Shown piece after piece: positions 34,023 to 45,740 of a DNA stretch of 64,000 bases. Origin of the DNA: Paramoeba atlantica (Eukaryota; Protista; Discosea). The DNA lies in NCBI GenBank assembly GCA_977017575.1, contig CDRNVI010000002.1, positions 1,045,833 to 1,109,832 of the forward strand, given 5' to 3'. Position numbers and translations under genes: made by a program. The notes under the pieces are model-generated. The model saw nothing but the letters and a program-made list of their open reading frames with translations. It was not told the origin of the DNA and ran no database searches. The stretch's first letter is position 1. Every line of letters starts with the position of its first letter.

Positions 34023-35450
34023 ATGCTCCGCTACCAACGCATTTGGCGCAACACCCTGGAGCACTACGCGGCCTGGGGCAATGCCATGATGAAATGTGTG
34101 GACGACCGTGTCAACCACGGGGAGGAAAACTTCCAACGTGCTCTCACCGTACGCGACCAACTTCAACAAGTCGCCTCTCGGTGGAACCCGGATGCTAAGA
34201 TTTACCTCTGCGGGTCGGTCGTCACTCTTGGGGTGCTGGAACGCAACAGCGATTTTGACATGTGTTGTTTGCTCCAGGATATGGTCTCGGAGTTTAAAGT
34301 ACAGAGTCGGATGTGTGAGAAGTTTTGGAAATCTTGTCGAGCGCATGTCCCGCATCACCTACGGGATCACTTACTCGGGCTCGCGGAGTGTCGTACCCCT
34401 GTGGTGACGTTGCACTGTGTGAATGAGGCGAAGTTAAAACATATGCAGTTCGGTGAGCTTACCCCGGAGGAGGAGATGGATAGCCGTACGGCGGTGCTGC
34501 GACTGAAGACGAGACAGTTTAGCGATGAAGAGCTCAAGGAATTGTTGAGCAAGATGCCAGGCAAGGTTTTGCGGCATAACGTGAGTACGTATAACCCAGA
34601 TACCGGGTCGGGGACAGTTCTCGAGTTGGAGATGGACACTACGGTGCACGCCATGCAGGCACTATCGGTGCTTCCCGACGGCAAGTTGCTGGCAAAGCAC
34701 CAGCGGGAGGATTTGATACGGGATTTTAAGGACGTGAATCGTGTGCCGGAGCTTCTGCGGTTTAACTGGGACTGCAGTTTTATGGGGCTGGGTATTTTGA
34801 ACTCCTACTTGATACGAAAGTACCTGCTTGACGAGGCACCTGTATATGCGCGGTACTGTGCCATGGCGATTAAGATTTGGAGCAAAGGAAATTATTTTGG
34901 TGTGGGTACCGGAGGCTACCTCACTACCTACGCCATCAGCATCATGTTTCTGTACTTTCTCCTTGTCACACACAACATGAAGTGGATTAACCCTGGGTCA
35001 ATGCCTCATCCGGTGTATCTTCCCCGCTACCCAGACTATGTCCCATTTCTTCCTGAGGAGCGGCCGAACCCTGCGGAGGTGGGGTACATCGTTGCCGAAT
35101 TCTTTCGATTTTATGCGAATTTCGACTGGTCGCGTGAGGTAGTGAGTTTAAACCGCCCACGACGCTCCACACGGGATGACCTGCAGTGGAATTTTACGAT
35201 AAAGGAACGGGAAAATTTTCACTATCACATCTGTATCCAGGACCCCTATGAGGCCATCAACACAGGGGGGTTGAATTTGGGCCGCTGGTTACATGAGGAA
35301 AAGGTGGATATTGTGAAGAAGGAGTTTGCGAGTGCGGCGCAGCAAATGTCCTCATTGACCCCGCAACAAGCAGATCAAATCTTTTTTGGTCAGAAACGAC
35401 CCCCGATAGGGCAAAAGAATTGGGCGACCCATACCAAGCATCGAAGGTGA
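34023..35450 (+). CDS. KRET2: RNA editing 3' terminal uridylyltransferase 2 (editosome TUTase)
   Basis: HYAAWGNAMM, WNPDAKIYLCGSVVTLG...SDFD, RTPVV, PHPVYLPRYPD and CIQDPYE...GGLNLGR match trypanosome RET2 (as recalled) along the whole length. Confidence 0.93.
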   Translation: MLRYQRIWRNTLEHYAAWGNAMMKCVDDRVNHGEENFQRALTVRDQLQQVASRWNPDAKIYLCGSVVTLGVLERNSDFDMCCLLQDMVSEFKVQSRMCEKFWKSCRAHVPHHLRDHLLGLAECRTPVVTLHCVNEAKLKHMQFGELTPEEEMDSRTAVLRLKTRQFSDEELKELLSKMPGKVLRHNVSTYNPDTGSGTVLELEMDTTVHAMQALSVLPDGKLLAKHQREDLIRDFKDVNRVPELLRFNWDCSFMGLGILNSYLIRKYLLDEAPVYARYCAMAIKIWSKGNYFGVGTGGYLTTYAISIMFLYFLLVTHNMKWINPGSMPHPVYLPRYPDYVPFLPEERPNPAEVGYIVAEFFRFYANFDWSREVVSLNRPRRSTRDDLQWNFTIKERENFHYHICIQDPYEAINTGGLNLGRWLHEEKVDIVKKEFASAAQQMSSLTPQQADQIFFGQKRPPIGQKNWATHTKHRR

Positions 35451-35749
35451 TCACGTGCTCGACATTGGGGTATTGCTTTCGATCATTCTTGCGGGTTTCG
35501 TCCAACAATATTTTTGTGTCTCAGTTGAGACTCTTACATAACCTTATTGGGTTGTTGTATGACTATTGAAGTCTATTTAGGAGTGTTTTTCTATTATCGT
35601 GGTTCGTCACGGCTTGAAATTAATAATGCTCAAGTGGCACATTGTTAAGCATTTGTTTCTCTATTTTTGGGAAGCAATTCTCAGTTACAGTTTTTTACAT
35701 CTCTTTTTCTACTCTTTCCTTCGTTTCATTTCAATCCTATCTTTTCCCC

Positions 35750-37713
35750 ATGAAGTCCACTCGCACCCATCGCCGACTTGTCAACAACTGGCACCGTCAC
35801 GGGGGCCAGAAACATCAAAGCCTCGTTCCTCTCACTTACGAATACCGCAAACCCCACCTTTCGGGGCGCCCCGCCTACTTCACCCTTAAATCCTTCTACA
35901 CCCTCGGGTGCTACCCTTCAGGACTCGACGCTCCCTACCGTCTCCCCGACTTTTACAAACACTATCTTTCGAGTTATCTCCCCGAGCCCTATGAGGAGTG
36001 GCTCGCCTGCATGCAACCCAATCATGAGGAACGGATACGCCGCGCGTGTGCTAGTCTTCGCGAGGCAGAGCATAAGATGACCATTCCCGCTTCGTCAAAA
36101 TGGCGGCCCACCCCGCTGATTACAGGACTAGAAAAAGTGACACAACCGTTGGAGAGTTTGTTGGAATGTTTCGGGGATCGGATTCCCATTTCCGCGGGAA
36201 TCGCACGACGGGTGTTACTTCACCACCGGGAGGAGTTTTTTAACCTCACAAGGGTGTACGAGGAGGTAGTCACCACAATGGGAAGCACCCCTCACGCGCG
36301 TTGGAAACTTTCCCACCCCACACAACACGCGGAGCCCGCTCTGCCTGGTCGGCTTACCGAGGAAGAATCTCTCTTTTTATCCTCCTTAACCCCTTCCGCA
36401 TTATCTTCTCCTTCCGATCCCCACCCATTGTCCACTCTCCCACCATCTCCTCTCTCCCCTTCCTCTCACCATCCCACGCATGATCCGCCATCCCCGGAAT
36501 TTAACACCCCAACCTCTACACTCACCCCTACCCCTCCTTCACCCACCCCTCCTTCCCCCACCCCCTCTCCCCCTACCCCTCCTTCACCCACCCCTCCTTC
36601 CCCCACCCCCTCTCCCCCTACCCCTCCTTCCCCCACCCCTACACCCTCTACCACAAATCAAACCCCTCACACACATTCCTCTATGCATTTCCCCACAACC
36701 CCTACACCCCCCCCTACCCCCTCCACCCCCCTCCCCTCCACCCCTACCCCCTCCACCCCTCCCTTACCCCCCCTCCCCTCCACCCCCACGCCCTCTACCC
36801 CTCCCTTACCCCCCCTCCCCTCCACCCCCACGCCCTCCACCCCTCCCTTACCCCCCCTCCCCTCCACCCCCACGCCCTCTACCCCTCCCTTACCCCCCCT
36901 CCCCTCCACCCCCACGCCCTCCACCCCTCCCTTACCCCCCCTCCCCTCCACCCCCACGCCCTCTACCCCTCCCTTACCCCCCCTCCCCTCCACCCCCCTC
37001 CCCTCCACCCCCCTCCCCTCCACCCCCCTCCCCTCCACCCTCCCCTCCCCCCTCCCCACAACCCCTACACCCACCCCTACCCCCTCTACCCCCCTCCCCT
37101 CCACCCCCTCCCCTCCCCCCTCCCCTCCCCCACCGCCCCCGACGAGCTCCTCCTCCTCCAGCTCCACCACCTCCTCACCCGCGCCGCGCTCGCCACCCCC
37201 GCCTCCACCCCCACCGCGCTCGCCCTCGCGCGCCGCGCCCTCCCGCTCGCCCGCGACCCCCCCGCCGCCGCCGCCCGCCACGCCGACCTCTCCGCCGTGC
37301 TCCTCCACGCCGGGGACCTCCCCGGGGCCACCGTCCACGCCCAGCGCGCGGTGCTCCTCGACAACGCCCCCCGGGGGTACGCGCTGTGGGGCCTCGCGGC
37401 GGCGTACGGGGAGGACGACGCCGCCGCGATGGAGGTCGTGGGGAAGGGGGTGGGGGAGCACCCGCGGGACCCGGGGCTGCGGCAGGTGCTGGGGGCGCTG
37501 CAGCGGTGGGTGGGTGGGCGCGTGGGGGTGGGGGCGGGGAGGAGGGGGGTGAGGTTGCAGCGGCCCGGGGTGGGGGGGGAGAGGGAGAGGTTGGAGGGGG
37601 GGCCGTGGGGGAAGGTGCATTTGAACCCGTTTGATCGGAGGAGTTCGTATCAGTATATGTTTTTTAGGTCCAGATTGGGGCCGTTTTTTAAGTATGATGC
37701 GAGGGGGTATTGA
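35750..37713 (+). CDS. Hypothetical protein with a Pro/Ser/Thr tandem insert and TPR-like C-terminus; one apparent frameshift in the C-rich tract
   Basis: Complex N-terminus MKSTRTHRRLVNNWH. After ~37130 a different frame gives helical LLLQLHHLLTRAALA...AQRAVLLDNAPRGYALWG, ending at 37713. Confidence 0.6.
36500..37110 (+). repeat. C-rich coding minisatellites, including a 42-bp unit (PPLPPLPSTPTPST, ~6 copies)
   Basis: cctcccttaccccccctcccctccacccccacgccctc(t/c)acc repeated from about 36760 to 37000, with shorter SPTPP units upstream. Confidence 0.9.
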
Positions 37714-38074
37714 TAGGGTGAGGTGTGTAAAAGCGTCAGAAAAAATGTTGTTTGGTACAGCGTGGTAAAATATGGGCACCAATACGAGTTGGTTAATTCT
37801 TTTCGTTCGAGTTGGTTAATTCTTTTCGCAGAGAAATCTTTTAACTTTTTTCCAGTAATTCTTTTAGGCTTTTTCCATCGGGAGATCATTGTAGACAAAG
37901 TTTTTGATCATCTTTTCAGTGGTTTTATTTATTCTACCCTTTCGTGCGTCATGTATTCCTCTTTGGAAACTCGGATCTCTTGCTCTCGGATCTCTTGCTC
38001 TCGGATCCAATTCAATAGAAGTTCAATTGGAAGACTCACCACATTGTGAGCCATCTTGACTTTCCCTCCATATA

Positions 38075-41000
38075 ATGGGTTTGCTCTCCCGACCCCCATC
38101 ATCCTCACTTACCAAACAGAATCCGCAGCCTTCTCGACACGATGCTCAACCCACCTCCACCATTTTTGCTACACCAAGACCCTTTCGTGCTCCTCAGGCC
38201 TCTCCAACCCCCCAGTCTGCTGCACGTGAGGAACACTCTGGAGCGCGAGATGGTGCCGTGTGTCGAACCCCATCTTCAGCGTCAAGAGTATCACTTCCAC
38301 GTTATGTTCCTGCGAAAGGGAGATCAGAGGATGCTATCCGTGAAAGTGCGTGTGCAGCGCAATTAGCTCGCAACATCTATCCTTCTCCAAAGAAGAAACC
38401 ACGCTCTGAAAATGTAAATTCTGATCAAACGAACGCCAAGGAAACGTCTCCCTCATTACCTGAAAACTCCACAAACTCCGCTCCCTTCACAAACTCGAAT
38501 CTCACCCCTTCTCCAGTTCCTACTGCCTCCAACCCCGCCCCTCCGGAAGCTCCCTCGGCACCCAACCACGAGGCCGCCACCAACCTCCCCTCACGACTCC
38601 CCCTTAGCCTGCTCGGGAAACTCTACTTTGGGGTTGAACTTGTGTCGAGTTCTTCCTCCTCCTCTTCCACCCCCTCTCTTTTCGGCATCCTTGTCATCAG
38701 CACCGACCCTCACCTCGGCGCCCAGCTCTACGACTGTGACGGTCGTCGTGTGGGTTCCCGTGAGGGCGCAGGCTACCCCCTTCCCCTCTCCGATCTCGAA
38801 AAACTCGTCGTCGGCCACACCCTCTCCCTGGGCTCTCGTAGACTCACACTCAGCAGCGCCCTCCCGGAATCTGAGTTCCGTACCGGAGCCTTTTTTCTTG
38901 ACTCTCAGCGAAAAGCAAAGCAGCGGCAGCAGGAGGCGCTGCAGGCGACCTTGCTGGCGGTACGACAGGCACAGACCCAGCACCTTACGCGGTCCAAGCT
39001 GCTTAGCGTGTTAGCTCCCTTAGGGGCGGCAGCCCCGGTACGAAAAGGACTTCGGGGGAGTGCAGCGTTTGCGGTTCCGTTTAAGGGCGCCGCACGGCGT
39101 GATCCCACAGGGAGGGCGATACTCCCGGGAACGGCGCTGGTTCCGTTGCATGACCCGGCAGAGGGTAATGCGGTGACACTGTACCATGCGCCGTATAAAA
39201 CCGATGTCGCGGGGAGGGCGCTGGTGTCGGTGGTGGTTGACCCTCGGCTGGGGTCGAAATTGCGTCCCCATCAGGTTGCAGGGGTACAGTTTTTGTACGA
39301 CTGTGTGACCGGGGCGCGGGTGAGTGACTTCCATGGGTGTATTCTCGCCGATGAGATGGGACTGGGGAAAAGTCTCCAGGCGGTGAGTTTGATTTGGACG
39401 TGTCTGCGTCAGGGGATGTATGGACGCCCGGTGACCCGACGCGCGGTGGTGGTTGCACCGTGTAGTTTGGTCGCGAACTGGCAGAAGGAGTTTGTGAAGT
39501 GGCTCGGGGAGGGAACGGTGAAGGTTTGTGCGATTGCGGAGTCTACTCCACGAGGGGAGAGAATTTTGAGCCGGTTTGAAAGTGAGGGAGATGTGTTGGT
39601 GATTTCCTATGACCAGCTGCGAAAATACGTCTCCCGGATACGAGGGATGAAACAGGTGGAGCTTGTGGTGTGTGACGAGGGTCACAAGCTTAAAAATGCG
39701 GAAATTAAAACGACCCAGGCTGTGAGCGAGGTCTCGACGAAGCGTCGGGTAATTCTTAGTGGGACTCCGATTCAAAATGACCTTACGGAGTTTCACGCTA
39801 TGGTCTCGTTTGTTAATCCTGGAATTCTGGGTTCCCTAGATGTGTTCTGTCGGGTATTTCAAGAACCAATTGCTCGCGGTCGCGAGCCCAACTGCGAGGA
39901 GGAGGAGAAACTTTTAGGGCAGGAACGCGCCCAGTTTCTCTCCACGCTCACACGAAAGTTTATTCTTCGTCGTACACAGGTGTTGAACGAGAAGTACCTC
40001 CCCGCCAAGGTAGAAATGACGGTGTTTTGTCATCTTACCGCGTCACAAAAACGAGTGTACCAAAAGCTTGTGGAGAGGCGCTCGGAAATACTCTCTCATC
40101 AGCCTTTTGCCTCGATCACAGCTCTGCGGCAACTCTCCAACCACACCTCTCTGCTGCTCTCGGATACGAAAAGTAGTTCCAACGACGAAGGGTTTGAGTT
40201 ACTGAGCCGTGACACACTCAAACTGATACGCTCACTTGAGGAGAGTGAAAAAAGTGCCAAGTGCAACTTACTGCTCTCCCTGATTCATCAGTTTCGAATG
40301 CTGGGCGACAAACTTGTCGTAGTTTCGAACTTTACCTCAACACTGGAGCTCATCGCAGCCGTTTTAAAGTCAAAGAGAGTTGATTTTTTTCAACTTGACG
40401 GCTCGACTCCGATTAAACGTCGACAAGAACTTGTAGACCTTTTCAACATTCCTTCAGCACGTGAGTCGGTGTTTCTGCTAAGCAGCAAGGCAGGAGGTGT
40501 GGGTCTTAATCTGGTAGGGGCAAACCGACTGGTGTTATTCGACCCAGACTGGAACCCCGCCAACGATGCCCAGGCCATGGGCCGCGTATGGAGAGACGGA
40601 CAGAAGAAGACAGTCTACATCTACCGTCTGCTCAGTACCGGGACGATCGAGGAAAAAATATTTATGCGTCAGGTCAGCAAACAAGGTCTCTCAAACAATA
40701 TTGTGGATGCGAACATGGAATCCAAACAGCATTTTACGCTAGATGATCTACGCACGCTTTTCACGTACAACACCAGCACCCGGAGTGAGACACATGATCT
40801 GTTAAACTGCACAAAGTGTGGGAAGGAAAAGGGGGGTGAAAGGGTAGAGGCAAAAAAAGAGAAACTCAGTCCAGCCCCTGTGCGGTTCAAAGCACTGAAA
40901 AGCGCTGCTCCGAAGTGTCCTCGGATGGATGAAATTCGTGAGTGGGCACACTTGCTCCCGTCGGAGCTGGAGGATACAGATCGTGCCCTCTCCGCATGTG

Positions 41001-41197
41001 GTCGTATGAACCCGGACCTTATTTCTCTCGTATTTTCGCTTTGTAGAGATCAGCAGAAACTGTCGGGTGCTGGTCAAGTTGAGGCTGTTTCAGCTTTTCC
41101 GAGTGAGGAGGTCCCGATTACGGTGGAACCTGAGTCCGATATCGCGGCTGATATTGAATTCACTCAACAAGACGACGACGAGGAGGAGGAGTCATAA
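38075..41197 (+). CDS. RAD54: RAD54/RAD54B-like SNF2 translocase
   Basis: LRPHQVAGVQFLYDC, GCILADEMGLGKSLQ, CDEGHKLKN, LSGTPIQNDL, SSKAGGVGLNLVGANRLVLFDPDWNPANDAQAMGRVWRDGQKK. Confidence 0.9.
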   Translation: MGLLSRPPSSSLTKQNPQPSRHDAQPTSTIFATPRPFRAPQASPTPQSAAREEHSGARDGAVCRTPSSASRVSLPRYVPAKGRSEDAIRESACAAQLARNIYPSPKKKPRSENVNSDQTNAKETSPSLPENSTNSAPFTNSNLTPSPVPTASNPAPPEAPSAPNHEAATNLPSRLPLSLLGKLYFGVELVSSSSSSSSTPSLFGILVISTDPHLGAQLYDCDGRRVGSREGAGYPLPLSDLEKLVVGHTLSLGSRRLTLSSALPESEFRTGAFFLDSQRKAKQRQQEALQATLLAVRQAQTQHLTRSKLLSVLAPLGAAAPVRKGLRGSAAFAVPFKGAARRDPTGRAILPGTALVPLHDPAEGNAVTLYHAPYKTDVAGRALVSVVVDPRLGSKLRPHQVAGVQFLYDCVTGARVSDFHGCILADEMGLGKSLQAVSLIWTCLRQGMYGRPVTRRAVVVAPCSLVANWQKEFVKWLGEGTVKVCAIAESTPRGERILSRFESEGDVLVISYDQLRKYVSRIRGMKQVELVVCDEGHKLKNAEIKTTQAVSEVSTKRRVILSGTPIQNDLTEFHAMVSFVNPGILGSLDVFCRVFQEPIARGREPNCEEEEKLLGQERAQFLSTLTRKFILRRTQVLNEKYLPAKVEMTVFCHLTASQKRVYQKLVERRSEILSHQPFASITALRQLSNHTSLLLSDTKSSSNDEGFELLSRDTLKLIRSLEESEKSAKCNLLLSLIHQFRMLGDKLVVVSNFTSTLELIAAVLKSKRVDFFQLDGSTPIKRRQELVDLFNIPSARESVFLLSSKAGGVGLNLVGANRLVLFDPDWNPANDAQAMGRVWRDGQKKTVYIYRLLSTGTIEEKIFMRQVSKQGLSNNIVDANMESKQHFTLDDLRTLFTYNTSTRSETHDLLNCTKCGKEKGGERVEAKKEKLSPAPVRFKALKSAAPKCPRMDEIREWAHLLPSELEDTDRALSACGRMNPDLISLVFSLCRDQQKLSGAGQVEAVSAFPSEEVPITVEPESDIAADIEFTQQDDDEEEES

Positions 41198-41545
41198 CAC
41201 AAGTATTGATTGGCTCGTTGTATTAGATTTATATGTACAGTCTGTTTACATGGATAAATGTACATGTATATTTAGATACGTGTAGAAGGGCTTGCCTATC
41301 TAGAAGCACGCTTTTGTTTCGCATTGCACGACTTCTTTTTCACGTTGTATGCTTCCTAGAAGTCGATGGGAGGGTTTTTGAGTCCTTTCACAGTTAGGCT
41401 TTAGACAATAGATTGCATGTGTATAAAAACGAAAATCTTTGCTGCGCACAAAATTATTTTTGTCTTCGTACTCTGCTTTTTCTACATAAACATTTTCTGC
41501 TCAAACACTTCTTTTCTCAAGTACTTTTTTCTCTCCGTTCCCGAC

Positions 41546-43336
41546 ATGGCTCGTCCCCACACCAAAGCCTCACGGAAACGTAACTTTAAAAAACGCTTCC
41601 TCACCAAAGGTCAAGCCAAACGTCTACTCCAACTCGACAACAAAGAGTTCAAACGCGTCCTCATCCTCAAAGGCATCTACCCCCGCCAACCCTCCAACTT
41701 CCGCAGCAGCGAGGGCAAAGACAAAGTCTACTACCTCACCCGAGACATCAAATACCTCGTCGCGGACCCCATTCTCCAAACCCTCCGCGACTACGCCACA
41801 CACGAAAAAAAATGCCGCACCCTGGAAGCCGAAGCCCACCCCGACGAAGCCGAACGTTTCGACAAAACCCACCGACCCCACTACACCCTCGACCACACCA
41901 TCCGGGAGCGCTACCCCCGTTTCCCGGACGCCCTACGTGATCTCGGGGACGCGCTCTCCTCGATTTTCCTCTATGCCATCCTCCCCCCCACGATCGCCTC
42001 CGAGACCACCATCGAGGGCCACGCCTACCCCACCACCGGGATGCACCAGCAGTGTCAAGCCCTGGCGGAGCGCTGGAGTAACTACGTCGCCACGCAGCAC
42101 GCTCTGGAGAAAGGCTTTATCAGTATTAAAGGGTTTTACTACCAGGCCCGGGTCCAGGGGCGCCCGGTGGTGTGGCGCGTGCCGCATGACTTCGCCGCAG
42201 CCGCCCCGAAGACGGTGGAGCACCGCGTGCTGCTGTCGTTTCTGGAGTTCTACCTCAGTTTTGTGCGGTTCGTGTTGTATAAGTTGGAAAAAGATGCGGC
42301 AGGGGAGGCGAAGGAGGCGCAGGAGTGCACCCCGGAGAGTGTACCGTTTCCGAAGGAGGCAGAGGGGGAGAGTGAGAAAGAGGCGGTTTCGAGGCGTGTG
42401 TTCTCTTCTCTGGTGTTTTACCTCTCTCGAGAGGCTGTGCCGGCGCAGGTGGGTTTTGTGATTCGTTGCTTGGGGGGTCGTGTGGTGCCGTTTTCGGATT
42501 TTTCCGATATCACACATGTGGTTGTGGATCGCCCATCGCTCCCTCCTGGGGAGGAAAAAAGAGAAGGCGTGGAGTATCTCCAGCCCCAGTACGTGTTTGA
42601 TTGTTTAAACACACGTATGGTGCTACCCGTGACGGGTTACGAAATGGGCGAACGTTGTCCTCCGCATATCAGTCCCTTCACGGTGAGCTTGCGTAAGGAA
42701 GGGGAAGTCGAGAGTGTCTCTGACGAGACCAAGGTGACGCATCGGGCCGTGTTTCATGGAGATGTGCCTCAACGTGCGCAGGAGCTTCGAAAGCTGGTGG
42801 ATCCAAGCTACGTAGCAGGTGTTGAGTCGGGGAGTGTGGCCCAGGAGGATGAAAAAGATGTTTCCGAAACCAACGGTTTGAAGGCTACACAGCGTGGCAA
42901 GAAGAAAACTGGGGTAGAAAAGAGTAGTGTGGTGGATAGTAAGGGAGAAAGTTCGGAATCTATGAACGATGAGAGCTCTTCCGAGGAGGATCTTATCCGA
43001 GAGGCGCCCTTTCGATCAGCGACCTCCGAAGCTCTCGTGGAGAAGCAACGCCGATTAGGGTTGGATAATAAGCCGGAAAATGAAAAGAAGTTGGGTTCTC
43101 ACACAAGTTCAGATCCCTTTGCAAAAGAGGAAGGGAAAAAGTCCACCGCACTCAGCCGCAAAATAGATTCACGTAAAGGTGCAGCGTCGCTTTTGAGCAA
43201 AAAGGTAAGAGGGATCTATGAAGCGGCATCATTTTCCAAACGTCAAGTTGAAGAAAAAGCCGAGGCCTTGGGCGAAACACGTGCATCTCTAAAGAAAGGT
43301 CGAAAACGTGTGCACTCCAAAGGTTACATTGTATGA
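41546..43336 (+). CDS. PES1: Pescadillo/Nop7 (BRCT-containing ribosome biogenesis factor)
   Basis: FLTKGQAKRLLQL...ILKGIYPRQP, ERYPRFPDALRDL and the BRCT ITHVVVDRP...YLQPQYVFDC. Confidence 0.93.
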   Translation: MARPHTKASRKRNFKKRFLTKGQAKRLLQLDNKEFKRVLILKGIYPRQPSNFRSSEGKDKVYYLTRDIKYLVADPILQTLRDYATHEKKCRTLEAEAHPDEAERFDKTHRPHYTLDHTIRERYPRFPDALRDLGDALSSIFLYAILPPTIASETTIEGHAYPTTGMHQQCQALAERWSNYVATQHALEKGFISIKGFYYQARVQGRPVVWRVPHDFAAAAPKTVEHRVLLSFLEFYLSFVRFVLYKLEKDAAGEAKEAQECTPESVPFPKEAEGESEKEAVSRRVFSSLVFYLSREAVPAQVGFVIRCLGGRVVPFSDFSDITHVVVDRPSLPPGEEKREGVEYLQPQYVFDCLNTRMVLPVTGYEMGERCPPHISPFTVSLRKEGEVESVSDETKVTHRAVFHGDVPQRAQELRKLVDPSYVAGVESGSVAQEDEKDVSETNGLKATQRGKKKTGVEKSSVVDSKGESSESMNDESSSEEDLIREAPFRSATSEALVEKQRRLGLDNKPENEKKLGSHTSSDPFAKEEGKKSTALSRKIDSRKGAASLLSKKVRGIYEAASFSKRQVEEKAEALGETRASLKKGRKRVHSKGYIV

Positions 43337-43704
43337 CCCGTCTTATTTTTAATAACATAACACAAACCTGGAAGGGTGTTAATTTTCGCTGTTTTTTTCC
43401 TATTCATTGGTTGAGGCAATTCTTAAGTTGTGTATCTCAATTCTCATATCTTTTGTTGTACGATACATGTATTTAAGGATTCGCCCTGTGCAACCTTTGC
43501 TCCGCGGAGTGGGAATGTTCGTGTACGAGTTTATCTTAAAATTAGAAATTTCGTTCCTACTTTATCTATTTTTTTGTCTAAATTTGTCGCTCAATAAACG
43601 TCTTGTTCGAACTTTTAGGACCTTTTATGCACACAACATGTCTTTTCTTTTTTAGCACTTTACTTCACCTACTATCGGAGAAAGCTTAATGTTCTTATCC
43701 TTTT

Positions 43705-44598
43705 ATGACAGTGGATTCCTCCTGCGAAAAGTTTTGCATCGGGCACGTCACAGGTTGCGGCCAGGGTTGTATCGCATTGTCACCCATCGATGCAGGGACT
43801 GAAATCATATCTGCGACTCCGGAGGTTTCAGTATTGTACGATCACTATCTATCTAGTCATTGTACTAATTGCTATCAGGAAAAAGATAAGGCGAACAATC
43901 TTGTTACTTGTTCAACATGTAATTCTTTTTCTTACTGCACGGATTGCTCACAGGATCCGCTTGTTACTTTAATACATCCGCTGGAATGCAAGTGGTTTTG
44001 TTCCATTGAAGCGTCAAACAGAAAAGAAGACACAGATTATTTGCGGTTTCTGGTTCGTTACTTTGCACATAAGAAGCTAAAGCAGGAAGTCATCCAATCT
44101 TTTGACTCACTGTGCACGAACACGAGCTTACGATCCACAGAATTTGCGCATTGGTCCAACGCAATGGCTGAATTATACCTTTCACATTTCGGCGAAGTAG
44201 AATTAGGTACGACGAAACAAGAACTCGTGGATCTTTTTGCAAAGATACGCTTTAACAGTTTCGGTTTTCCTTTTAATAAGGAAAGGACGTTGGGCTGGTG
44301 TCTACAGAGCACTTTGTCATATGTGAATCACAGCTGCGAACCGAATTGCTTTATACAACAAGTGAACTTAGGAAGCGCTTTTTTGTCATTGCCTGCTTCG
44401 TTATCCACAATGATGGAATTAAAAGCTTTACGAGCAATTGATGCAGGGGAAGAACTAACAATAAGTTACCTTGACCTTGAAGCTCCATCAAATCGTCATA
44501 TTCAAAATAGAACAAGCATTTTGTTTGATCGATATCGTTTCGAATGTCATTGTACTCGATGTATTAAGGAAGCTGAGCAAGCTCTGCCGAAAACCTAA
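43705..44598 (+). CDS. SMYD-type SET/MYND lysine methyltransferase
   Basis: GQGCIA, Cys-rich MYND, YVNHSCEPNC, ALRAIDAGEELTISYLD and post-SET FECHCTRC. Confidence 0.9.
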   Translation: MTVDSSCEKFCIGHVTGCGQGCIALSPIDAGTEIISATPEVSVLYDHYLSSHCTNCYQEKDKANNLVTCSTCNSFSYCTDCSQDPLVTLIHPLECKWFCSIEASNRKEDTDYLRFLVRYFAHKKLKQEVIQSFDSLCTNTSLRSTEFAHWSNAMAELYLSHFGEVELGTTKQELVDLFAKIRFNSFGFPFNKERTLGWCLQSTLSYVNHSCEPNCFIQQVNLGSAFLSLPASLSTMMELKALRAIDAGEELTISYLDLEAPSNRHIQNRTSILFDRYRFECHCTRCIKEAEQALPKT

Positions 44599-44703
44599 TG
44601 CTCATGGAAATGGCCGGTTGGCCAAAATTTGGCTTGAAGTACAGGCGGCTTGTCACAATGATGACAAAGAAGATCTTTTCATTATTTTCGAAACGACTTC
44701 ATA

Positions 44704-44955
44704 GAACAATCTTGTTACTTGTTCAACATGTAATTCTTTTTCTTACTGCACGGATTGCTCACAGGATCCGCTTGTTACTTTAATACATCCGCTGGAATGC
44801 AAGTGGTTTTGTTCCATTGAAGCGTCAAACAGAAAAGAAGACACAGATTATTTGCGGTTTCTGGTTCGTTACTTTGCACATAAGAAGCTAAAGCAGGAAG
44901 TCATCCAATCTTTTGACTCACTGTGCACGAACACGAGCTTACGATCCACAGAATT
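44704..44955 (+). repeat. 252-bp duplication of the internal SET-gene segment 43893-44144
   Basis: Identical by eye from gaacaatcttgttacttg to cgatccacagaatt. Confidence 0.9.
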
Positions 44956-45044
44956 CGCGTCGTTCTTTTTAACGCTTAAATAACTCGTGTTAACAACTAC
45001 GCTTATAGTGTTCTTCTTTTTTTAATTACAGTTTAGTATTTTTT

Positions 45045-45740
45045 ATGGTTCAGAAAGGACCGTCTATCTCTCATGCTGTCTCGTTAGCTCGAAGAACACT
45101 CCATCTTACCACTCCCTACACTCGACGGCAGCTTCGTTCTCAATATTTGAAGTTAGTACACCGAAATCATCCGGATGTGAACGAACAAAGGAACTCAGAG
45201 TTGTACACTCATCGTCTACGTGAAATAAATGCAGCATACAAAACTCTGTTGCGTCATCATTACACTATAACGTCACCTTTGAATCGTCCATCTGGTCTTT
45301 CTTCAAATATTAACGAGCAGCGGACTACAAATTATACAAACTTTGCAAACTGTGTTGAGCCTGATTTGCACATTCGTAGAAAACATGATACGACTCTACG
45401 TCTGCCTTGGCAAAAGAACCCCAAAGTGCCTTCTAGTTCTGAATATTCTCACATCTTTTTGTACTCTACTCCACGAATATTTTTTCGTAGATTACAGCAG
45501 ACATCGATGAATTTCATAAATTCTAAGATTCACGATTTATTGAGGAATTTGCCTAAAAGGTTATTTCTTTTGATTTTGCCCATGAGGGACAAACCCATAA
45601 ATGTTTACTGGAATTCTTGCTCTTATTTCTTTCACATAAATTGGCAACGTCTCATCCCTCTATACACATTTTTCATAAAGAAACTATCTACCTGGATGCA
45701 ATTTTACGTTTTCTCGAAATCCAGGGGCTCTCAGCAATAG
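45045..45740 (+). CDS. DnaJ (J-domain) protein
   Basis: LRSQYLKLVHRNHPDVN...LREINAAYKTL contains the HPD motif. Confidence 0.8.
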   Translation: MVQKGPSISHAVSLARRTLHLTTPYTRRQLRSQYLKLVHRNHPDVNEQRNSELYTHRLREINAAYKTLLRHHYTITSPLNRPSGLSSNINEQRTTNYTNFANCVEPDLHIRRKHDTTLRLPWQKNPKVPSSSEYSHIFLYSTPRIFFRRLQQTSMNFINSKIHDLLRNLPKRLFLLILPMRDKPINVYWNSCSYFFHINWQRLIPLYTFFIKKLSTWMQFYVFSKSRGSQQ

